The notes under the pieces were generated by a model, which saw only the letters and a list, made by a program, of their open reading frames with translations, had not been told where the DNA came from and did no database searches. Of a stretch of DNA of 64,000 bases, positions 57,447-64,000 are shown one piece after another. Within the stretch, counting starts at the first letter, position 1. Each line of letters starts with the position of its first letter. The DNA lies in assembly GCA_017508825.1 (NCBI GenBank), contig JAFWRC010000013.1, positions 3,786-67,785 on the forward strand, in the 5' to 3' direction. The position numbers were made by a program, and so were the translations under genes. Source of the stretch: Lachnospiraceae bacterium (GTDB taxonomy: Bacteria > Bacillota > Clostridia > Lachnospirales > Lachnospiraceae).

Positions 57447-59210
57447 TTACTCTACCTTAAAGTAGCTGACCGTATCCTCCAGGTCCGAAGCCAGCGTCTG
57501 CAGTCTGTTCGCAGATTCGCTGATCATCGTAAAGGTTGCATTGAGTTCCTCCATCGATGCATTGGTCTCTTCCGTGGATGCCGCATTCTCTTCGGAGATT
57601 GCGGACAGATCGGAGATGATCTCCATCAGGCCGTTCTTTGCATCATTCAGAGACTGGATCCGGCCGGAAATATGCTCGGAAGTACTCTTTACATTTGCCA
57701 CATTACCGGACATGGTCTCCATGTTCGTTCTGGTCATATCCAGCTGTTCTTCCTGAATACCGAAGCTTTCATTGAGTTTCTCCAAAACGCTTACGGAAGA
57801 TGCCGAATCAGCAAGCAGTTTCTCTACAATGCCTTTGATCTTGTCCGCACTGTTGCTGGACTGGTCTGCCAGCTGACGGATCTCATCGGCTACAACTGCA
57901 AATCCGCGTCCTGCATCACCGGCACGGGCTGCTTCGATGGAAGCGTTCAGCGACAACAGGTTAGTCTGGGTCGCAATATCCGTGATCGCCTGTGTAAACT
58001 CGGAGATCGTCTTTGCGGATTCGTTCGTCGAATTGATGGTATCACCGATATCTTTTACGGAACGGGTTACTTCGTTGCTCTGACGGATCAGCTTATCCAA
58101 TGCATCCATTGCTTTGTCACAGGCCTGCTTCATCTCTGCCGCATAGTTATCCATACCCTTTACATCTTCGGTGATCGTCTCGATATTCCTGCCGATATCG
58201 TCGGTATTGCCTACTGCATTCTCTACGCTCTCTGCCTGTGCTACCGCGCCCTTGGAGATCTCGGTCACCGCATCGGTTACCTGCTCGGAAGCAAGGGTTG
58301 CCTGATTTGCGTTTTCTGCGAGTTCAGATCCGGCGGTGGTCAACTCATCACTCATTTGTCTGGTCTTGCCCAGTACCTCATTCAGTTTCTCAGTCAGACG
58401 CTTTGCACTCTTTGTGATCTGGCCGATCTCATCTCTGCCGATCTCACGGTCTGCCGGATACTCCAGTGTCAGATTGCCGTTTGCCAGTTCATCCAGATCG
58501 TCGGTAACCTTCTTGATACCGATACGGATACCGCGGATCACCGCTACTGCGATCGTAGCCAGTACCAGGATCAGGATCGCAAAGACGACCACGACCGAAA
58601 CAACCTTTGCCTGCAGGGCCTTAGTCAGAGCGTCATGCTTTGCACTTGCCCAACTCTCCGTGATCTCCTGCAGATCGTTCAGACCGTCACGCGCCTCAGA
58701 AAATCTGCTATGAAAAGCTTCCCAGTCACCGGTATTGGACTCGAGATCATAGGAGCTTTCCCATACATTCATAGCATCGCGCCATGCCACCATGACATCA
58801 TAATAGGAACGTCCGTCTTCGGTCTTTGTGTTGTTGTAAAGATCCGCATCCTTACAGGCGATCTCTTCCGCCGCTGTAACGCGGTCATATACCTGCTGCC
58901 TGTTGTCCGCAAAATCCGCCAGATTGCCCGGCAGCATTGACTGTGCAAAATCTGCCGGAGCCTCGGTATAACCTTTGGAAAAATCGTAATACTGCATCGC
59001 CGCTTCCATCGCCTGATAGAAATCACGGTCTGCGTTGAGCAGATTGCTGTTCACCTGATACAGCGTATCATAGTAAACGGCCGTCATCTGACTCTCTGTT
59101 GAACTCAGTTCTGTCCCCATAAAGACTACCGAGATGATCAGTGCCACTGCCAGCGGTACCGAAATGATCAACAGTTTTGCCCTTACACTCACATTGTTCA
59201 GCCACTTCAT
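57447..59210 (-). CDS. Methyl-accepting chemotaxis protein
   Basis: Two TMs, HAMP (GRDEIG) and [34 protein letters not shown]. Confidence 0.96.
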   Translation of the reverse strand: MKWLNNVSVRAKLLIISVPLAVALIISVVFMGTELSSTESQMTAVYYDTLYQVNSNLLNADRDFYQAMEAAMQYYDFSKGYTEAPADFAQSMLPGNLADFADNRQQVYDRVTAAEEIACKDADLYNNTKTEDGRSYYDVMVAWRDAMNVWESSYDLESNTGDWEAFHSRFSEARDGLNDLQEITESWASAKHDALTKALQAKVVSVVVVFAILILVLATIAVAVIRGIRIGIKKVTDDLDELANGNLTLEYPADREIGRDEIGQITKSAKRLTEKLNEVLGKTRQMSDELTTAGSELAENANQATLASEQVTDAVTEISKGAVAQAESVENAVGNTDDIGRNIETITEDVKGMDNYAAEMKQACDKAMDALDKLIRQSNEVTRSVKDIGDTINSTNESAKTISEFTQAITDIATQTNLLSLNASIEAARAGDAGRGFAVVADEIRQLADQSSNSADKIKGIVEKLLADSASSVSVLEKLNESFGIQEEQLDMTRTNMETMSGNVANVKSTSEHISGRIQSLNDAKNGLMEIISDLSAISEENAASTEETNASMEELNATFTMISESANRLQTLASDLEDTVSYFKVE

Positions 59211-59304
59211 ACCTTCTTACCCCTTTTCTTAATATTTTTAAGAACCATCCTGTTTCAAGTCATCCCTAATGTCTTACCGGTTCCTAAAGTTCGTAATTCC
59301 CCAA

Positions 59305-60009
59305 TCAATCGAAGGTTCTGGGCACGACAAATGCACCGTCCTTCTCTTTTGGCGCATTTGCCAGGATCCGTTCACGCTGATCACCGTTTGTCACGTCATC
59401 TTCCCGAAAGCAGTTGCTCTTTCGGCAGATATCCGTCATCGGCTCCACGCCTTCCGTATCCGCTTCCCCAAGCTTATCAATGTAATCCAGCATCTCTGCC
59501 AGATCTTTTCTTGCAATTTCTTTTTCGTTTGTATCGAGTTTCAGTTTCGACAGGACACCGACATATTCGATCGTCTCGTCGCTGATCTCCCGCGGCTTAT
59601 TCTGTTCTTCTTCCCAGGCCCGGAACTTCTTGATTTCTGCGGATACTCCCATATCCATGACCAGGGAAAACACCGCGATATCATCCAACCATCCCAGTAC
59701 AGGGATCCAGTCCGGGATCAGGTTTATGGGGCTCACCACATATAAAAGTCCCGCGATCATTGCCACCAGCATCCGCTTCGGCACACATCGGTATTTTCCG
59801 TCCACGTAGGCCGTGAGCAGATCGATCACGCCGATCATCTCCTCTACGGTTCCCTTCATAAACGGCAGGTTCTTCTGCTTTTCCAGCCACGCGCGTGCTC
59901 CGGCTATGACCTTTCGCAGTGCTCCCTCGTCCTTGAGCAGTGCTTTGGCTTTCCGCTCGTAGGCACCCCTGATCTTATCCCAGACTGCCGCTATCTTATT
60001 CTTTTCCAT
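59305..60009 (-). CDS. gatC: YkvA/DUF1232 domain fused to GatC
   Basis: YVVSPINLIPDWIPVLGWLDD (DUF1232), then ISDETIEYVGVLSKL...DTEGVEPM...FREDDV...NAP..KDGAFVVP (GatC). Confidence 0.88.
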   Translation of the reverse strand: MEKNKIAAVWDKIRGAYERKAKALLKDEGALRKVIAGARAWLEKQKNLPFMKGTVEEMIGVIDLLTAYVDGKYRCVPKRMLVAMIAGLLYVVSPINLIPDWIPVLGWLDDIAVFSLVMDMGVSAEIKKFRAWEEEQNKPREISDETIEYVGVLSKLKLDTNEKEIARKDLAEMLDYIDKLGEADTEGVEPMTDICRKSNCFREDDVTNGDQRERILANAPKEKDGAFVVPRTFD

Positions 60010-61408
60010 CCCAGCAATACGTACAGAGCTTATCCCGTTCGATGCCTACCGCCGCCATCATATCGTCCAGACGGTTAAAGGCCAGAGACGTGAAGCCCAT
60101 CTGCTTGCGGATCTCATCCAGCATCTTGTGATACCGGTCGGAATCCGGATTACAGTAGTCTTCCAGGATCGTACGGTCCACTTCACCGCCCTCTTCCTGG
60201 CTCACCACTCGGCGGGCGATCAGCTCCATCTCGGAATTGGAACGGGAGAAGTTGATATATTTACATCCGAACATAATGGGCGGGCACGCCGGACGCACAT
60301 GTACAGCCTTTGCTCCGCTCTTGTATAAGAATTCCGTCGTCTCACGCAGCTGCGTGCCGCGTACGATGGAATCGTCGATCAATAAGATGCTGTGTCCGTC
60401 GATCAGTTCATGTACCGGCAGCAGCTTCATCTTCGCGATCAGATTACGCTTGGTCTGAATGGTCGGCATAAAGGAACGCGGCCATGTCGGTGTATACTTG
60501 ATGAACGGTCTGGAGAACGGAATGCCCGATGCATTCGCATAGCCCACGGCATGTGCCGTACCGGAATCCGGAACGCCGGCTACGATATCCGCATCCATTC
60601 CGGTTCCCTTATCCCGCTCCGCCATCTTGGCACCGCAGTTGTAACGCATCTGTTCTACGGAGATGCCTTCGTATGCCGAAGACGGATATCCATAGTATAC
60701 CCACAGGAACGTACAGATCCTCATCTTGCTGCCCGGCTTTGCCAGGGTCTGTACGCCGTCCGGCGTCATCACAATGATCTCGCCCGGTCCCAGTTCCCGC
60801 AGATCGGTATAGCCCAGGTTCAGATAGGCAAAGGATTCGAATGACGCGCAGAAACCTTCTGCTTTCTGTCCGAGTACGATGGGCGTTCTGCCCAGTTTAT
60901 CACGGGCACAGTATACTCCCGTCGGTGTCAGCAGCATGATGGACATGGATCCTTCGATCTTATCCTGCGCATACTGAATGCCTTCGATGATATTATCCTT
61001 CTGATTGATCAGCGCCGCCACCAGTTCCGTCGCGTTGATGGTTCCGCCGGACAGTTCCATGAAGTGGCTGCCGGTCTTGATGATCTCGTCTGCCAGCGCA
61101 TCCGCATTGTTGATCTTTCCTACCGTTGTCAGCGCATACGTTCCGTGGTGGGATCGTACGATCAGCGGCTGCGGCTCATAATCGGAGATACATCCGATGC
61201 CCATGTAGCCTTCCATCTCATGTGTGTCTTTATCAAATTTGGTACGGAAAGGCGCACTCTCAATATTGTGGATCGCACGGTTGAAACCGTTCTTTCCGAA
61301 AACCACCATGCCGGCACGTCTGGTGCCCAGGTGGGAATGATAATCCGTTCCGAAATACAGATCGAAAACGCAATCCTCTTTTAATGCAGTTGCAAAAATA
61401 CCGCCCAT
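59996..61408 (-). CDS. purF: Amidophosphoribosyltransferase-like protein lacking N-terminal Cys
   Basis: VPDSG, RSFMP, PRPP motif LIDDSIVRGT, PACPP and CTYCW; N-terminus is MGGIF. Confidence 0.9.
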   Translation of the reverse strand: MGGIFATALKEDCVFDLYFGTDYHSHLGTRRAGMVVFGKNGFNRAIHNIESAPFRTKFDKDTHEMEGYMGIGCISDYEPQPLIVRSHHGTYALTTVGKINNADALADEIIKTGSHFMELSGGTINATELVAALINQKDNIIEGIQYAQDKIEGSMSIMLLTPTGVYCARDKLGRTPIVLGQKAEGFCASFESFAYLNLGYTDLRELGPGEIIVMTPDGVQTLAKPGSKMRICTFLWVYYGYPSSAYEGISVEQMRYNCGAKMAERDKGTGMDADIVAGVPDSGTAHAVGYANASGIPFSRPFIKYTPTWPRSFMPTIQTKRNLIAKMKLLPVHELIDGHSILLIDDSIVRGTQLRETTEFLYKSGAKAVHVRPACPPIMFGCKYINFSRSNSEMELIARRVVSQEEGGEVDRTILEDYCNPDSDRYHKMLDEIRKQMGFTSLAFNRLDDMMAAVGIERDKLCTYCWDGKE

Positions 61409-61450
61409 CTTGTTCTGTTAAACTCCTCTCATATTACCTTTTCTGTCAGA

Positions 61451-62188
61451 TCATACATAATAAGGATTCGGCTTCAGCAGAAGCATGATCAGATCGACCA
61501 GCCAGCCGATGCCGCATAATCCTCCCGTAAAGATATACAGGATGCCCAGTCCGATCTTTCCTTCATAAAACTTGTGCACGCCGAACACGCCAAAGAAAAA
61601 GCACAGAAGGAATGCTACCCATTTATCCTTCGGTTTTGCACCTGCCATCACCGCATTCATCTGATTGGATACGTTGACCGGTGTATTCACCACATTATCG
61701 TTGGTATTGTTGATCACGATCGGGGCCTGTCCCTGATTCAATGCCTCTACCTGCCGCCCGCACGCGGTACAGATCACAGCATCCGAAGGGATCTTTGCTG
61801 CGCAGAATTTACAGAACTTGGTCGAATTCTGCGCATACTGCGGCTGCATTGGCTGCGGATAACCGTACTGCTGCGGTACCGGCAACTGTGCCTGCTGCGG
61901 CATCGACCGTGGCCCTGCATAATTGTTATACTGCTGCGGCTGCGCATAGCCCATCTGCATCGGCACCCCCTGCGGTCCGCCGGGATATGCTCCCTGCTGC
62001 GGCATCGGATCACCATAAGATCCTCCCTGCTGCATATTTCCCTGATTGAAAGAATCCATATGCGGCACATCTTCAAAGGGCATCATTGTCCGGCCTGCAT
62101 CCAGCTCTCCCGCCGCATCCAGATCATCCAGCACCTGATACGCCGGTACGGAATTCTGCCCGTTATCCTTCATAAATTCGTCGTCCAT
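61451..62188 (-). CDS. TM2-domain protein with zinc ribbon and Q/P-rich N-terminus
   Basis: CKFC..CTACG; KWVAFLLCFFFGVFGVHKFYEGKIGLGILY. Confidence 0.88.
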   Translation of the reverse strand: MDDEFMKDNGQNSVPAYQVLDDLDAAGELDAGRTMMPFEDVPHMDSFNQGNMQQGGSYGDPMPQQGAYPGGPQGVPMQMGYAQPQQYNNYAGPRSMPQQAQLPVPQQYGYPQPMQPQYAQNSTKFCKFCAAKIPSDAVICTACGRQVEALNQGQAPIVINNTNDNVVNTPVNVSNQMNAVMAGAKPKDKWVAFLLCFFFGVFGVHKFYEGKIGLGILYIFTGGLCGIGWLVDLIMLLLKPNPYYV

Positions 62189-62265
62189 ACTTGCTCTCCT
62201 GATCTACTGATCTGTTCTTTCTTTTTTGGAAAAAATAACATTTTCATTATATCACAATGCGTCCT

Positions 62266-64000
62266 TTATTGACAACATAATCCTGACACCCGCTCATCCT
62301 CACCGGGCGCACAATCGTTGACAACAATATCATAACGGCTGTCCTTTACACTGTAATCCTTCTCGGTAAGCATTGTCACTTTCCACTGCTCATTATTGAC
62401 CCGCAGACACAGATCCGAGTTGCTTACCCGCACTTCGCCGTTCCCTTTGGGTGAAGCGTAGGCAAACACTTCCTGCCCGCTCCCCTTAAAGCGATAGGAC
62501 ATCTTATACAGATTCACATCGGTACTTCCATAGATACTGCCCAGACCGCAGCCGTTCTGTGCGCGGATATCAAACTCGGTCGCCATATCTTCCAGCTTCA
62601 CCGTGGCCTTGCTGCCCTGCACCGAACCGAGCACCACGATATCGGCGCCGCTTCCGACACAATGGATAAAGGTTTTCTGGATATCCACGTAAGCATTTCC
62701 GGCAAACGATCCGATCGCGCAGCCGTTAGCATAAGACTGTGTCAGATCCATCTCACAGTTGCGGATCACCAGATCGATATTACCTTCCAGACAGCCGATC
62801 CCGACTCCCTGGTCACCATGCTGCGTGATCGCATAACGCCCGCTGTGAATACGGATGTCCGCTCCGCTTCCGCCGCCGATGGCCGCTCCGCGCATGCCGT
62901 TGGCTTCGATATTGACCGCGCCGTCCTGGTAAAATTCCATAATGCCTGCCACACCGTTTGCGTTGCCGATACCGCAGTAATCATTTCCTTTCAGCCGGAT
63001 GGTCAGATCCCCGTCTCCCTGCAGGGTCAATCTTGCATTCCCACTTACTTCGATGCCGCCGGCATCCAGCTCATTATCCCCTACCAGCTCAAGTGTCACA
63101 TGACAGCCTTCTCCGATCCGGATGCACGGCAAACCTTTATGCGCCCGGATATGCAGGCGCTCCAGGGTGATCTTTCCTTCGTATCCGTCTTTGATCTCCA
63201 CCAGCAGTTCCGAATACTGCCCCGGCGTGCCGGCCAGCACGTAATCCCGATAGGTCTGATCACAGCCTTTGGTACAGATCGTCGTATAACCTTCCCGCTC
63301 CAGCGTTCCTGCCGTGTAGCGGCTGGTCTTTCCGGTCTCAAACACACGCTGCATCGGTCCCAGCTCGCGCTCTTTCCGGAACTTCCGGATCTCCTCGATC
63401 TTTTTCGGTTCGATCGCAGTAAGGATCTCGGGGCCCGGCCGTCCGGTGTAATACCCCTGGATCAGATCGCAGCCCAGCCAGATGACCGTGCGCAGCTCCT
63501 CCGGTGTCTCCACGCCTTCCGCAAGTACTTTGATATTGTTGTCATGCGCAAATGCAACGATCTCACGGACAAAATGCTGTTTCTGCGGACTGTCCTGAAT
63601 CCCCGTAAGAAGCGACCTGTCTACCTTAACATAGTCCGGCATATAGCGCAGGAGATTCGATACATTCGAATATCCCGTGCCGTAGTCATCGACCGCCGTA
63701 CCGATCCCCAGCTTTCCGTAACGGTCCTTCATTTCTTCCAGCTCGTTATCATCCACTTCCGACTGTTCCGTCAGCTCGATGACCGCCTGTCCGCCCCGCC
63801 GGCTCAGCATCTTCTCGATCTCAGAGCGCACCTCCGGATCCAGCCGGATCCCCGGGATACTGTTGATGAAGATCCTGCGTCCGTCGATCACTTCTTCGTT
63901 CTGCTCGATCGTACCCAGAACATTTAAAAACGTTGCTTTTTCCACATCCCCCAGACGCTTAAGCATATCCGCATATTTTAAGATCTGCAGCGGCGAGATC
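62266..64000 (-). CDS. EAL-domain protein with C-terminal beta-helix-like region (5' end outside window)
   Basis: FIN, IELTE, DDYGTGYS, KVDRS, AEGVET and QGY motifs; C-terminal Gly-rich AAIGG/CAIGS repeats. Confidence 0.88.
   Translation of the reverse strand, partial: ISPLQILKYADMLKRLGDVEKATFLNVLGTIEQNEEVIDGRRIFINSIPGIRLDPEVRSEIEKMLSRRGGQAVIELTEQSEVDDNELEEMKDRYGKLGIGTAVDDYGTGYSNVSNLLRYMPDYVKVDRSLLTGIQDSPQKQHFVREIVAFAHDNNIKVLAEGVETPEELRTVIWLGCDLIQGYYTGRPGPEILTAIEPKKIEEIRKFRKERELGPMQRVFETGKTSRYTAGTLEREGYTTICTKGCDQTYRDYVLAGTPGQYSELLVEIKDGYEGKITLERLHIRAHKGLPCIRIGEGCHVTLELVGDNELDAGGIEVSGNARLTLQGDGDLTIRLKGNDYCGIGNANGVAGIMEFYQDGAVNIEANGMRGAAIGGGSGADIRIHSGRYAITQHGDQGVGIGCLEGNIDLVIRNCEMDLTQSYANGCAIGSFAGNAYVDIQKTFIHCVGSGADIVVLGSVQGSKATVKLEDMATEFDIRAQNGCGLGSIYGSTDVNLYKMSYRFKGSGQEVFAYASPKGNGEVRVSNSDLCLRVNNEQWKVTMLTEKDYSVKDSRYDIVVNDCAPGEDERVSGLCCQ

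Overview
Gene-dense, mostly minus-strand chromosomal segment. Gene content (AddAB, GatCAB, DapL, glnA-ANTAR, many c-di-GMP and chemotaxis genes) suggests a motile Clostridia/Lachnospiraceae-type anaerobe; this is inference, not a database result. Housekeeping genes: folC/folE/folBK, glgB, corA, an ABC exporter pair, dapF/dapL, glnA, hisC, addAB, gatCAB and purF. I saw no rRNA, tRNA, CRISPR array, transposase or integrase. Most notable features: (1) an accessory run at ~24.5-31.5 kb built around an M48 metallopeptidase fused to a bacterial PARG (TIGR02452-type macrodomain), flanked by a YcjF/DUF697-like GTPase, a membrane HExxH protein and an MmcQ-MGMT gene that appears to start at ATA; (2) a cytoplasmic ParB/Srx-like + BMP nucleoside-binding fusion paired with a metallophosphoesterase; (3) a remodelled gat operon, with a YkvA-GatC fusion and an MCP gene inserted between 9-bp direct repeats; (4) a PurF lacking the N-terminal catalytic Cys; (5) an orphan nonulosonate-modification trio; (6) at least three families of REP-like palindromic repeats and a 270-bp multi-hairpin element upstream of dapF. 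All family assignments come from visual motif recognition; no searches were run.
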